Of a stretch of 64,000 nucleotides of DNA, positions 44,754-55,659 are shown piece by piece. Within the stretch, counting starts at the first letter, position 1. Each line of letters opens with the position of its first letter. The notes beneath the pieces are model-generated. The model was not told where the DNA came from. It saw only the letters and a program-made list of their open reading frames with translations, and did no database searches. A program made the position numbers and the translations under genes. This stretch comes from an uncultured Planctomycetota bacterium (lineage in GTDB: Bacteria; Planctomycetota; Planctomycetia; Isosphaerales; Isosphaeraceae). The DNA is taken from NCBI GenBank assembly GCA_963845755.1, contig CAWJTV010000011.1, positions 384,001 to 448,000 of the forward strand, in the 5' to 3' direction.

Positions 44754-46163
44754 CTACTTCTTGCGATGGTCATCCTTCTTGTGGGAATCCTTTTGGGATG
44801 TGTCACGTCCATGGGACGAATTCGGATCGGATGGGCGGGATGGGCCGGAGGCGTTCCCTTTCGAAGCCGGCTGGCCTCCGCGGGAGTCGCCGAGCCGGGC
44901 TTGATCCTTGCCAGAGGACCGGGTCGAACGATGCTCTCCAGAACGAAAACCGATTCGCCCCGCAGCGGGCCGCCGGGCCTGGTGCGAGGGGCGTGGACGG
45001 AGCCTCGGGTCGGTCAGATCATCCGGCTCCAGGGACGCCGCCACGATGGCCGACCGATCCCCCGATTCGCGAAGCGCCGCCAGAACCGACTCAGCCCACG
45101 CATGACCGACAATCGCTTGCCCTCGTTTGTTGAAATGTGTGTCGTCTTCTTGTCGGTCTCGCGGCGGGACCAGCATATTCGTGTTGGGTCCGGGAAACGC
45201 CAGAGGGTTCCGTTGAATCGCCAGGGTTTGCCCCTCCAGCACGCGGTCGATTTGCGCAGGCGGATCGTAGATCGTTGTCGCATGAGCAATAAGCCACCAC
45301 GACGCGGGATTGCTGGGGCTCCCGAGCGATCGCATCGTCCGAATGATCGTCGTCAGCTCGTCGCAGTAATCATCAGCCGAGGTGTCGTGGTGGCTGTCCG
45401 ACTCACCCTGGTCCCAGAGGACCGCCCGGAATCCACCCCATGGCCCGAAGGTTTGCACCTGCTGACCGATCCGATCGAACAGCGGCTCCGTGAAGCGAGG
45501 CAGGAACGGCTTCGCGCCCGGAAGCCAGTCGCGAACCTGCGTGCGCGCCACTCCAACGCTGATCAGTCCAATCGGCAAGGGGCTTTGATCGGCGCGTCCC
45601 AGCTCCATCGTCAATTGGTTCCCCATCACAGCCCACGTCGAGCCGCCATTGCCGTCGGCGATCGGTTGCGGATCGTTGGCGACCACCCATCCCGTCCCGG
45701 TCCAGGCCGAGACGGTGTCCAGCGCGGTGAAGTGAAACGCCCCGCTATTGGCCGAGTTCGACTGTCCCGCAGTCAAGAAGACTTCGCCGATCCCTACGCG
45801 ATTCACCGTGACGATTTCCACCATGTCACCGCGAATGGCCCTCACTTGAACGGAGTACCAGCCTCCCTGCGGGAGCGCCTCGACCGCCTGGAATTGATCG
45901 GTAGCGAACGCGATCGGCTGCCAGGGCAGGACAACGGTACTCGATCGAATGACCTGGACATCCACGCGATCCGCGCCGCCGGGGACCGTCCCCTGGATCA
46001 CGATCGAACCGGAATCTCCCCTCCGCTGGAACACCTGACGCTCCAGCGGAACCGAGAGCTGGATCTCCGGATCACCCGCAGTCTCAACTCCCCATGCCGC
46101 CGTTCCCAGCGAGACCAGGGTGGAAAAAACCAGAACCGTTACCCGAGGCAGATCCCCGGCCAT
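44754..46163 (-). CDS. Secreted sialate O-acetylesterase-like (SGNH / DUF303) protein; true 3' end uncertain
   Basis: GEVFLTAGQSNS, WDQGESD and DDTHF motifs. Confidence 0.8.
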   Translation of the reverse strand: MAGDLPRVTVLVFSTLVSLGTAAWGVETAGDPEIQLSVPLERQVFQRRGDSGSIVIQGTVPGGADRVDVQVIRSSTVVLPWQPIAFATDQFQAVEALPQGGWYSVQVRAIRGDMVEIVTVNRVGIGEVFLTAGQSNSANSGAFHFTALDTVSAWTGTGWVVANDPQPIADGNGGSTWAVMGNQLTMELGRADQSPLPIGLISVGVARTQVRDWLPGAKPFLPRFTEPLFDRIGQQVQTFGPWGGFRAVLWDQGESDSHHDTSADDYCDELTTIIRTMRSLGSPSNPASWWLIAHATTIYDPPAQIDRVLEGQTLAIQRNPLAFPGPNTNMLVPPRDRQEDDTHFNKRGQAIVGHAWAESVLAALRESGDRSAIVAASLEPDDLTDPRLRPRPSHQARRPAAGRIGFRSGEHRSTRSSGKDQARLGDSRGGQPASKGNASGPSRPSDPNSSHGRDTSQKDSHKKDDHRKK

Positions 46164-46498
46164 CGCGAGCTCCCCATGAATTCCAGGCCGAACCATCACG
46201 GTGTCTGCTCAGAATCGCGCGACTCTGAACTGCGACGACCAGACCGCTTCCCGCGCGCGAAAACGATCCCAATATCGCACATCTTCGTGCGCGGGTTCGG
46301 CTCGGTGCGATGGCCAGCCGGGATGTCTCCGGACGGTCCGAAACCGCCTCGATCAACACGACCAGCAAGATTACCCAAACCTCCCAGATTGAACAAGAGG
46401 GTTTTCGATCCACCGGGAGCGTTCGATGCCTCGGAGGAAATCATCGTGTTCCCGAATCCGCAATTTCGAATCCGGAATCCAACGACGAGTCCGCCGGA

Positions 46499-47478
46499 TC
46501 ACCGCGTCCGAGACCGGCGTGAGGACCGCGCGGGTTCGTCATCGCCGACGGCGGCGGCGACCCGATCGACATCGTCCTGGGTGGGATGTCCGCGGCGCGC
46601 GATCGAGGGCCGAACGACGCTCCAGTTCCGGCCGTCGCTCTCGAGCGTGATCGTGCCGAGCTGGTCGGTGCGGAGCAGAGGAATGCGGCTATGCCGCAGA
46701 AGGCTGAGGGTCTCGGCATGAGGGTGGCCGAATTCGTTGTCCCGGCCCATGCTGGCCACGGCCAGCTCGGGCCGTACCGCCGCCAGCCAGCGGGCATCGG
46801 TCCCGTTGCGGCTGCCGTGGTGGGCCAGCTTGAGGATCGTGCAGTCCCGCACGAGGTCCGGGCAGTTCGCGAACCACCAATGCCGCTCGGGACCTTCGCT
46901 GTCCCCCGGCAGGAGCATCGAGAACGATCCATACGTCAACCGGATGCCGATCGAGTTATTATTCTCCTCCTTGTGATCCTCGGGGGCCTGGGGAAGGATC
47001 GTCAGCCCCACGGAGCCCAGTTCGATCTTTCGCGGTCGCGACGACGGCTGGATCGCCGTGATTCCCTGGGCTTCGACCGTCTGGAGCAGTTTGAGGTAGC
47101 TCCGGGTCGAGTGTCCGGAGTGCGACGCCAGGAAATAGCGGGGTTTCAGCGCGCGGACAACCTCCGCCATCCCCCCATAGTGGTCGCTGTGATGATGACT
47201 GATCGCTACCAGGTCGAGCCGCGTGATCCCCTTGCTCCGGAGCACGTTCAAGGCGCCTTCCTTGGTCGGCCCGGCATCGATCAGGGCCGCCTTGCCCTCG
47301 GGCGAGCGGATCAAGATCGAGTCGCCCTGGCCGATGTCGAGCACCTCGACGACGACGGGCTTTCCGCCGCCGCTGGACCACGGCCAGGACCATTGCGCCG
47401 GGCCGCCGGAGGCATCGCCGTGAAGGCCAGGCTCGCCAGGAACAATGCGAAGAGGCGGATGATCCGATGAATGTTCAC
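46499..47478 (-). CDS. ComEC/Rec2-like MBL-fold metallo-hydrolase (frameshift near N-terminus)
   Basis: DIGQGDSILI, SHHHSDHYGG, ENNNSI, HHGSRNG and FGHPH motifs; GTG start overlaps the upstream stop. Confidence 0.88.
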
Positions 47479-47726
47479 AGTTGCAAATCTCCTCCGGGAT
47501 CGCGATGGGAGAGCTTGCCCTGGACCCGCCGGGTCTCCTCGGCGAGGTTGCGGGTTGCCTCGACGTTAACCTCGAGGGAGAGGGTGAGCACGTCGCCGGG
47601 CTTTACGCCCGGTGGCAGCAGCGACCTGGGCACGTTGATGGCGTCGCCGTCGTCGGTCAGGAGGACGGCGATCGATTGGCCCTTGCCTTCAAAACGGTCT
47701 ACAGAGAGCGACGTTCGGACGGACAC
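47475..47726 (-). CDS. DUF3006-family small protein
   Basis: VDRFEG...AVLL...PRSLLPPGVKPGDVL; adjacent to the ComEC-like gene. Confidence 0.75.
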   Translation of the reverse strand: MSVRTSLSVDRFEGKGQSIAVLLTDDGDAINVPRSLLPPGVKPGDVLTLSLEVNVEATRNLAEETRRVQGKLSHRDPGGDLQL

Positions 47727-47841
47727 GTCTCTTGCTCCTTCAGCCCCCAAGGGCTTGCAGGAAATACGATGCATCAGTGCACTACAAGCAAGAAAAGGAC
47801 TTGCCAAGTGGGAAAAATGCGATCGTTTCTTAAAATTGAAA

Positions 47842-48615
47842 TTATTTAATGATGATTGGACGATCGTCGGCCTGAGATTGGGCCTGGGTTGCGGGCTGTG
47901 CCGGGGATCGGTCGCCGACTCGATCCGACGCCCGGAGGTCGCCGACGCGCTGGCTCTGGAGGACGATGTTGAGGTTCCGGGGGTCGACGCGGGGATCCGG
48001 CTTCTGGGCCTCGGCTTCGAGTGGGAAGGTGCCCGGCTTGAGGGGGAATTCGAGCGGTTCGGGATCAGCAGGGGCGAGGAAGAAGCGTTTGGGCTGGGCG
48101 AAGAGGCCGGCGCGGCGATCGTAGACCTCGACGGTGAGCCGATCGCCGGGACTCCACTCCACCTGGAACGGCCGGTGGTCCCATTCCGCGATCAATTCGT
48201 CCTTGCCGGCGACGGCCAGCCGTTCGCCGAACGACCCGGTCTCCCACAGAGTCGTGATCCGGCCCTGACCGTCGCGCCTCAGCACCTTGGCCTGGATGTC
48301 GAGCGTATGCCCCGCCTTGAACAGGTTCGGATCGAGATGCACCTGTCGGATCGTGACCTGGTACGTCCCGGGCCCTCGAAAGGAATCCGCCGGCTTGAGC
48401 AAGTCGACGACGACGTCCGTCAACGAACCATCGCGATCCGAGCCGGGACGGTTCACCGGCGGGTTCCCCGTGACCAGGGTCCACACGGCCTGGACCATCG
48501 GATGGTCCTTGAACACCCAGCCGCCGACGCCTGCTCCTCCGCCCGTCAAGACCATGAGGAAGTAAACCAGCCGCCGGAACAGCGACGTCTGCCGTTTCTT
48601 GTGAGCCTTGGTCAT
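47842..48615 (-). CDS. Hypothetical membrane-anchored protein
   Basis: GGAGG before ATG; N-terminal TM segment LVYFLMVLTGGGAGVGGWVF. Confidence 0.65.
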   Translation of the reverse strand: MTKAHKKRQTSLFRRLVYFLMVLTGGGAGVGGWVFKDHPMVQAVWTLVTGNPPVNRPGSDRDGSLTDVVVDLLKPADSFRGPGTYQVTIRQVHLDPNLFKAGHTLDIQAKVLRRDGQGRITTLWETGSFGERLAVAGKDELIAEWDHRPFQVEWSPGDRLTVEVYDRRAGLFAQPKRFFLAPADPEPLEFPLKPGTFPLEAEAQKPDPRVDPRNLNIVLQSQRVGDLRASDRVGDRSPAQPATQAQSQADDRPIIIK

Positions 48616-49049
48616 GCGAATCGACCTCCGTGCGATCCCCGCGCCGTGCTCGACTCTTTGAGATTCCCGATTCTCAAAGAGACGGTTTTCTCGAATCCAG
48701 AATCCCAAAATCGAAAATCCAAGAGGACCGGGAATCGGTCGGCGCGAAATGAGGCGATGAGGGGAAGCGTTGACCTTGTAGCAAAGATCGCGAAGCAGTC
48801 AAGGGGATTCTTGCTGGGGAGGCGTGATGCCGCGCGAGGATTCCTCGGATTCCTCTATCCAGAAATTGCAATTCTGGTTCTAATTGTATTTGGTTGGTCT
48901 GACGACCGAGTAGCGCCGCTGGCTCTTCCCGATCCGGTCCCTGCTCTCCTCTCTCGCCGTTCCCACCTCGATGGGCTGCGACGGTAGCCCCTTCTTTCTC
49001 GACCCGGGAAGCCCGATGCGGGTCGTTCTGCCTTCCCAGGAGATCAGTG

Positions 49050-49358
49050 GTGAGCAAGAAATTGTATGTAGGCAACTTGACCTACAACGTCAACGAGTCC
49101 GATCTGGAGGCGCTGTTCACGCCGTTCGGGGCGGTCCAGAGCGCCCAGATCATCGTCGATCGGGACACGAACCGCTCGAAGGGGTTCGGGTTCGTCGAGA
49201 TGGATACCGATGCCCAGGCGCAGGCGGCCATTCAGGGGCTCAACGCCCACGAGCATGATGGCCGGAACTTGACGGTGAGCGAGGCCAAGCCAAGGGAACC
49301 TCGCCGCAGCGGTGGGTATGGCGGCGACGGCCAAGGTCGCGGCGGCAACCGCTACTGA
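49050..49358 (+). CDS. RRM-domain RNA-binding protein with Gly-rich tail
   Basis: RNP2 KLYVGNL and RNP1 KGFGFVEM. Confidence 0.93.
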   Translation: MSKKLYVGNLTYNVNESDLEALFTPFGAVQSAQIIVDRDTNRSKGFGFVEMDTDAQAQAAIQGLNAHEHDGRNLTVSEAKPREPRRSGGYGGDGQGRGGNRY

Positions 49359-49630
49359 TCGATCGATCATCGAGAGCGATGTGCCTCGGCGAGCCCACTA
49401 GGGCGAACTCCGCGTCTTCCTCGACGTGGAATGCCGACTCGGGAATCCCCGTCGTGAAAAACGCCGGGGTCTCCTCTCTCGTCCAAGCGAGCCCGAAGCC
49501 ACCTCGTACGACGGACCCGAACGAGTGGTGCCGAGCATCGGGCACGACTCTGAGGAGTCGTGCTCCTATCCCCCTCCATGACCCAGGAGTCCCGCGTTGA
49601 TGGGTCACCCCTGAGGACTCGAGGCCCTCC

Positions 49631-49903
49631 GTGAACATTTTCCCTGCTGACGAACGACGGATCTCGGAAATCGAGCGAGGTCGGAGTCGCAAAGCGATTG
49701 TTCCGTTGTCCCCCGGCGAAACACTCTCAGCGGGAGACAGCATCCTTTTCGCCCTGGCTCATTCTCCGGAGGGCCAGCAGCCGGTTTACGTTCGGGGAGG
49801 AGATTCGGTTCGGGTCTTGCTGACCGATGTCGCCGATCTCCAAGCAACCGATCCCGTCACCGGCCAGGCCCTCTATCAACTCTCTTGGGTACCGCTCGGG
49901 TAG
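49631..49903 (+). CDS. Small hypothetical protein
   Basis: Open frame with GAGG upstream and protein-like composition. Confidence 0.5.
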   Translation: MNIFPADERRISEIERGRSRKAIVPLSPGETLSAGDSILFALAHSPEGQQPVYVRGGDSVRVLLTDVADLQATDPVTGQALYQLSWVPLG

Positions 49904-50095
49904 CGCTGAACGGAGACCCGACCGTCCGTCACCACCGCCAAGCGTGTCGTAATGTCTCGTGGCTCGCAGGAGTGAGCCTCGCCGGTCATCAGTGTTGATG
50001 GACCCTGCATTCCCTCCGGGTCGATGGCCCGCCGGGAATTTCCCCTCGATGCGACTGCTGAGTCAGTCGTTCGCTCACTCACCGGACGGCCCTCG

Positions 50096-50272
50096 ATGAA
50101 CATCAGGAAACACGACCACCCCCCGCTCTCTCCCCTCTCGACCAGGGTACGCTGCCCGGTCTGCCACGAGGTTGTCTACTCGCGCGCGGGCATCCACCCC
50201 CAGTGCGCCGTCCGTCAGGCGGACCCCCCCAGGCCCAAGGGTAAGGCCGCGAAGGTGATCGAGCCGAGCTGA
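50096..50272 (+). CDS. Small CxxC...HxxC zinc-binding protein
   Basis: RCPVCHEVVYSRAGIHPQCA. Confidence 0.55.
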   Translation: MNIRKHDHPPLSPLSTRVRCPVCHEVVYSRAGIHPQCAVRQADPPRPKGKAAKVIEPS

Positions 50273-51443
50273 CGAGTCGGCACCGAACCCGTCACGGGGC
50301 TCCGATGTGAGGATCGCAACTCTCCAATTCCTGATCCCAAATCAAGGATCTTTGGAATCTGGAATTTCTTTTGGTTTGCAGCCGAATGCCACGTTAGACT
50401 CCGTCACATAAATAATTTAAAAAACCCGAGATTTCCTGATTCAATTTGTCGGCGATCCGGATAGAATGATGAGTGTGGGATCGTGCACCTGCCCGGTTCA
50501 AGTCTCTTCAGGCGGCACCACCGCGGAATAACCGAGCCTTACCATGCAAAAATTCGTGGACAAGTGGTTCCTGCCCTTCATGCTCGTCGTGGTCGGCAGC
50601 ATCATCGCGTGGACGCTTTGGCACGGATTGATGAGTTCCTCATCCATCTGATTGCGGGCCCCGAAGATGCGGTGAGGGCACTGCTGTCGCCTTTTTCGGC
50701 TCCCCCGGAGACGACTGGAGCGCCGGGCGTCAACGACATCATCGCGAGCCTCGTGGCTTGGTGACGATCGGGTATACGGTCCCTACGCCTATCCGGGGAT
50801 TTCGTCCTGAACCCTGGGTCGTTGGTTGGGATCCTTGTCGGGGCCGCCCCTGTGCGGCGATTCACGAATCGACCGAGTCATCGACAACATCTTCTCGATG
50901 CCACGCCAAGAAAGCCCAATCGGAGACTTCTCGGCGATCACCATTACCTTCTGAGCGCCACGGGTAGGACTCGGCGCGTTCCGGAATGGTCGGGCCGGGG
51001 CTGCACGAGTTGACCGCGCGAGATTCTCTCGAATCGTGGCAGGGAGTCGCGCGGAGTGTCGCGATGGCCTCGCGCTCCGAGGACAACTCCGCTGCTGGTC
51101 GGGGTGATGATCATCGCCCCCACCGTGGAGAACTTGCGAGACGACAGCGCATGTTGAGTTCCCTTTCTAGCAGCGCATCGTCGAGCTTCAGTCGCTGCGG
51201 ACCAACAGCTTCTCGTTGGCTTTCCTGGCGGAGTATCCCCCAATCCTGAAACCCGCTCGCTCTCCCCGTTGATGCGTGCCCCTCGCCGACACTCATCGAA
51301 ACGGCAACTGGCAGTTGCCACTGGGCTTTAGCGCGGCGATGCGGTGTCGTTAGAATCACAGTCAAGAGTCGGAGAGTGACCGATCACTGGACAACGCTCC
51401 AGTCTTGCTCGACCCAACGCGCCGCCGACAGGAACTTTCGATC

Positions 51444-52457
51444 ATGCTCGTTGTGATGCAGAGCCACTCGACCCCGGCCCAGATCGACCGCGTCCTCGAG
51501 ACGATCCGACTGATGGGCCTGACGCCGCATCCGATGCCCGGCCCCACGCGGACGGCGATCGGGATCACGGGCAACACGAGCTCGGTCGATCCGAGGGCGC
51601 TCGAAGTGATGCCGGGGGTGCTCGAGCTGATCCGGGTGACGAAGCCATACAAGCTCGCCAGCCGCGAGATGCACGAGCACGACACGGTGATCCGACTGCC
51701 GCAAGGCACCTTCGGCGATCGCCGGTTCACGATCATCGCCGGGCCGTGCTCGGTCGAGGACGAGGCGATGATCCTTCGCACCGCCGACTGGCTCCTGGCG
51801 CACGGCGTGCGATTCCTCCGCGCCGGCGCATTCAAGCCCCGGACCAGTCCTTATGCCTTCCCGGGCCTCGGACTGGAGGGTCTGGAGATCCTCCACCGCG
51901 TAGGCGAGAAGACCGGCATCGGCATCGTCACCGAGTTGATGGACACCGAGAACCTCGACGCCGTCGAAGCGACGGCCGACGTGATCCAGATCGGTGCGCG
52001 AAACATGCAGAACTTCAGCCTGCTCCGCCGCGTCGCCCGGGCACGACGGCCGGTGTTGCTCAAGCGCGGGATGTCGGCCACGCTGGAGGAATGGTTGATG
52101 TCGGCCGAGTACCTGCTCTCCGGCGGCAATCCCGACGTGATCCTCTGCGAGCGGGGTGTCCGGACCTTCTCCGATCACAGTCGCAACACGCTCGACTTAT
52201 CCGTCATCCCGCCGGCCAAGATGCTGTCGCACCTGCCCATCCTGGTCGATCCCAGCCATGGCACCGGGAAGCGCGACTACGTGCCGCCGATGGCCCTGGC
52301 CGCGCTGGCCGCCGGCGCCGATGGTCTCCTGATCGAGATCCATCCGGATCCGGACCACGCCCTGTCCGACGGCGCGCAGTCGCTCGACTTCGACCGGTTC
52401 GAACGGCTCCTCGATCAGCTCCGGTCCCTGGCCGGACCGCTGGGGTGGAGCGTTTGA
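51444..52457 (+). CDS. aroF: 3-deoxy-7-phosphoheptulonate (DAHP) synthase, class I-beta with N-terminal regulatory domain
   Basis: [31 protein letters not shown] and DPSHGTG motifs. Confidence 0.93.
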   Translation: MLVVMQSHSTPAQIDRVLETIRLMGLTPHPMPGPTRTAIGITGNTSSVDPRALEVMPGVLELIRVTKPYKLASREMHEHDTVIRLPQGTFGDRRFTIIAGPCSVEDEAMILRTADWLLAHGVRFLRAGAFKPRTSPYAFPGLGLEGLEILHRVGEKTGIGIVTELMDTENLDAVEATADVIQIGARNMQNFSLLRRVARARRPVLLKRGMSATLEEWLMSAEYLLSGGNPDVILCERGVRTFSDHSRNTLDLSVIPPAKMLSHLPILVDPSHGTGKRDYVPPMALAALAAGADGLLIEIHPDPDHALSDGAQSLDFDRFERLLDQLRSLAGPLGWSV

Positions 52458-52657
52458 TCGGACGCACGTCCCCCGAAGGCGCGAAGCCCGGGAGCCGGCA
52501 CGGTCTCGGATACGGCAACCAACCTCTCGCACCGCTCACGAGGGAGCAGGGGTGCGACGAGAATCACGAGAGACTCGATCCCACCGGTATGCCGTTAGCA
52601 TATGAGATCCGTGTGAGGCCGGGATGATCTACAGCGATCGAACTCAGGAGACATGCC

Positions 52658-52894
52658 ATGTCCAATCCTGCAATACCGGGGGTGTCCCGAGACCCCCAAT
52701 TGACCGGCGGCACCGGCCAGCCCGGACCGCCTCCGAGCGGTCCCGATCCCGACGAGCCGAACCCGTTCGGCCCCGATGCCCCGAACGTCCGGGAGGACGA
52801 CCCGCCGGGTGGCCAGGTTGCCCCCGAGGCCGAGCCGCCGAAACCTCCGGCTACACCCCTGGATTATGGCGATTTCGCGCCGGACGAGGGGTGA
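52658..52894 (+). CDS. Small Pro/acidic-rich hypothetical protein
   Basis: AGGAG before ATG; open frame. Confidence 0.55.
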   Translation: MSNPAIPGVSRDPQLTGGTGQPGPPPSGPDPDEPNPFGPDAPNVREDDPPGGQVAPEAEPPKPPATPLDYGDFAPDEG

Positions 52895-52954
52895 GCAAGA
52901 GATCCTGCGCGGCGGGAACGATCCCATGACTCGAACGCGATTCGAAGAGACGTC

Positions 52955-53505
52955 ATGAGCAAAGTGATTCTCGAGCCGAGACCAATCGATCGGGAGTCTT
53001 ACCGGCATGAGGCGATGGCCCGCAACCTGGAACGGCTCGCCTGGCTAATGGACCGAGCCTTTCACATCCCCGGCACACGCATCACCGTCGGGCTCGATGC
53101 CCTGGTCGGCTTGTTGCCGATCGGTGGCGACGTGCTCACCGGCCTCGTCCAGGCGGTACTGGTACTGATCGCCCTCCGCCACTACAAGCTGCCCAAGAGC
53201 GTAGCCGCTCGGATGGCCGCCAACGTCCTCATCGATGTCGCCGTCGGCGCAATCCCTCTCCTCGGCGACCTCTTCGATATTGGATTCAAGGCGAATACCC
53301 GGAATATCCAGCTCCTCGAACCCTACCGGCACCGGGATCCGCGAGAGGTGCACGAGCCTGGCATGGCGGACCAGCCGCGAGCGATCACAGACCGTTTCGG
53401 ACTCCCTGGCGCTATATCCTGCCAATCGGCGGCATCCTCCTCATCGCGCTGGTGCTGGTGCTCATCGGGTTCATCACGGTCGTCCGCTGGTTGTTCCACT
53501 TCTGA
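52955..53505 (+). CDS. DUF4112-family membrane protein (frameshift ~53390)
   Basis: LMDRAFHIPGT..VGLDALVGLLPIGGD and GDLFDIGFKANTRN. Confidence 0.85.
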
Positions 53506-53523
53506 CCCAATGATCCGATTATT

Positions 53524-53859
53524 CTATTTCTGTTTCTTGACCCAATCGACATGCTTCCGGACGCCTTCGTGGGACATGAGGAGCTCCCGGTTGTAGTAGT
53601 TCCAGCCGAGTTCCTTCTCGTCCGGGATGAGGTCGTGGATTCCGTGATGGCACGCCCGGCAGAGCCAGAGGCCGCGGCTTCGCATCTCGGCGATGGGGAA
53701 TCGATTGCGGAACCGCTTCTTGCGATGGCAGTGGCGGGGAATCAGGTGGTGGAACGTCAGGAGCTTCCCCGGTCGTTCGCAAAGCTCACAAGGGCCGGTC
53801 TTCCGCTCCTGGCGGGTCGGAGTCTCTTCGGTCTCGTCGGACTCTCGGTCAGGACTCAT
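53524..53859 (-). CDS. Small HNH endonuclease-like protein
   Basis: CELCER...TFHHLIPR...LCRACHHGIH. Confidence 0.75.
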   Translation of the reverse strand: MSPDRESDETEETPTRQERKTGPCELCERPGKLLTFHHLIPRHCHRKKRFRNRFPIAEMRSRGLWLCRACHHGIHDLIPDEKELGWNYYNRELLMSHEGVRKHVDWVKKQK

Positions 53860-53897
53860 CGCGCGGACGACTCCGAGACATGATGAACCCGACCGGC

Positions 53898-55406
53898 TCA
53901 AACCCGCTCCGGGAGCTGCCAGTTGATGGGTGGCTTACCGAACGAGCGGAGGGCGCTGTTGATCGCCGAGAACGGCCGGCTGCCGAAGAATTTCTTGGCC
54001 GACAAGGGCGAGGGGTGCGCCGCCGTCAGGATCGCGTGCCGCGAGGCGTCGATCAACTTGCCCTTCTTCTGGGCATAGGCGCCCCAAAGCACGAACACGA
54101 CCGGGCTCGGCTTGTCGTTGACCGCTCGGATGATGGCGTCGGTGAACGTCTCCCAGCCCTTGTCCTTGTGCGAGTTCGGCTCGTGCACGCGCACCGTCAG
54201 TACGGCATTGAGCAGCAACACACCTTGCTCCGCCCAAGAGGCAAGGTAGCCGTGCTTGGGGATGGTGCAGCCGAGGTCATCGCGCAATTCCTTGAACATG
54301 TTCACTAGCGAAGGCGGCGGCTTGACTCCGGGCTGCACCGAGAAGCAGAGCCCGTGCGCCTGGCCGTCGTCGTGGTACGGGTCTTGACCGAGCAACAGCA
54401 CGTTCGTCCGCTCGTAGGGGGTGAGCCTCAGGGCGTTGAAGACGTCTGGCTCGGGCGGGAACACGGCGTGCGCCCGCCGCTCGGCGGCCACGAACTCCTG
54501 CAGCCGGTGAAAATAGGGCTTGTCCAGCTCGTCGGCGAGGATCGCGCGCCAATCCTCGGGCAAGTGACCGATCCCCGCAAATGCCCCCGTGCTCGACATG
54601 GTGTTCACCTCTTCCTGGAATAAAGGGGGATCGATGAAGGAGCGAGCCGATCCGCCGCGCTGGGATGGCTCGCGTCGTACCGCGCCCTCCTCCTCGAACT
54701 CATCGTCGATCGACTCGCTCGCGAAGGCGGTCGGTCGCGATCGGGCCTGCTCATCCTCGACGAGGGTCACCCCACGCTTCGGGCAGAGGTCATCCAGGAT
54801 ACATTGAGCGCAATGCGGGTCGCGGGCCGTGCAGACGTATCGGCCGTGGAGCACGACCTCCGCGCCGAACGGGATCCAGTCGTCGCGCGGCACGAGCTTC
54901 ATCAGGTCCGCCTCGATTCGCTCTGGCTTGGTCTCGTCCGTCAGGCCGAGGCGCTGGCTGACGCGCACGACGTGGGTGTCAACGATCACGCCGCTGGCGA
55001 TCTGAAACGCGTTATTGAGCACGACGTTCGCCGTCTTGCGGGCAACGCCGGGGAGCGTGACCAGGTCGTTGATGTTTGCCGGGACACTCCCCCCGAACCG
55101 ATCGACCAGCGCCTGGCAAGCGTCGCGGACCGCCCTGGCCTTGTTGCGGTAGAAGCCGGTCGGGCGCACGGACTCCTCGAGCTCGGCGAGGTCGGCCCCG
55201 GCGAACGCCTGCGCATCGCGATACCTCGCGAACAGGGCAGGCGTCACCGCGTTGACCCGCTGGTCGGTGCACTGGGCCGCGAGGATGGTCGCGACCAGCA
55301 GTTGCAGCGGGTTCTCCCAGTCCAGTTCGTAGCGGGCGTTCGGATACGTCTCCCGGAGCTTGCGCAACAGGACGGGTAGGTTCCTCCGCACACTCTCGTC
55401 GGCCAT
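53898..55406 (-). CDS. nth-ung: Endonuclease III (Nth) - uracil-DNA glycosylase (Ung family 1) in-frame fusion
   Basis: Nth part: LVATILAAQCTD, LPGVARKTANVV, VDTHV and the 4Fe-4S motif CTARDPHCAQCILDDLC. Ung part: GQDPYH, GLCFSV, LLNAVLTV and HPSPLS. No stop lies between them. Confidence 0.88.
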   Translation of the reverse strand: MADESVRRNLPVLLRKLRETYPNARYELDWENPLQLLVATILAAQCTDQRVNAVTPALFARYRDAQAFAGADLAELEESVRPTGFYRNKARAVRDACQALVDRFGGSVPANINDLVTLPGVARKTANVVLNNAFQIASGVIVDTHVVRVSQRLGLTDETKPERIEADLMKLVPRDDWIPFGAEVVLHGRYVCTARDPHCAQCILDDLCPKRGVTLVEDEQARSRPTAFASESIDDEFEEEGAVRREPSQRGGSARSFIDPPLFQEEVNTMSSTGAFAGIGHLPEDWRAILADELDKPYFHRLQEFVAAERRAHAVFPPEPDVFNALRLTPYERTNVLLLGQDPYHDDGQAHGLCFSVQPGVKPPPSLVNMFKELRDDLGCTIPKHGYLASWAEQGVLLLNAVLTVRVHEPNSHKDKGWETFTDAIIRAVNDKPSPVVFVLWGAYAQKKGKLIDASRHAILTAAHPSPLSAKKFFGSRPFSAINSALRSFGKPPINWQLPERV

Positions 55407-55659
55407 CGCGAAACTCCCCGCACGCTCCAATCAGTGACCGGCGGACTTACGCCCGGACAATCCCTCCGCAATCTGATGTTGATGCGCAGTCGAGCGACAA
55501 GTCAAGCGGGCGACCCCGATACGAGAACCGATCCGAGAGGGTGTACCGGGGTAGAATGGGTCGAACGACAGGCATGCCGTGAGGCCCATCGAACGATCGC
55601 GGTGGGCCTTGTCGCGAGGAATCGCGGATCGACCCACCCCACGACACTACAGCCTGAGC

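Noticed and set aside
50862..51365. Several short overlapping ORFs
   Set aside because: No coherent protein-like frame or RBS could be supported.
52585..52601. Sigma54-like GG-N10-GC site upstream of 52658
   Set aside because: Only a weak match (CCGGTATGCCGTTAGCA) to TGGCAC-N5-TTGC; not supportable.
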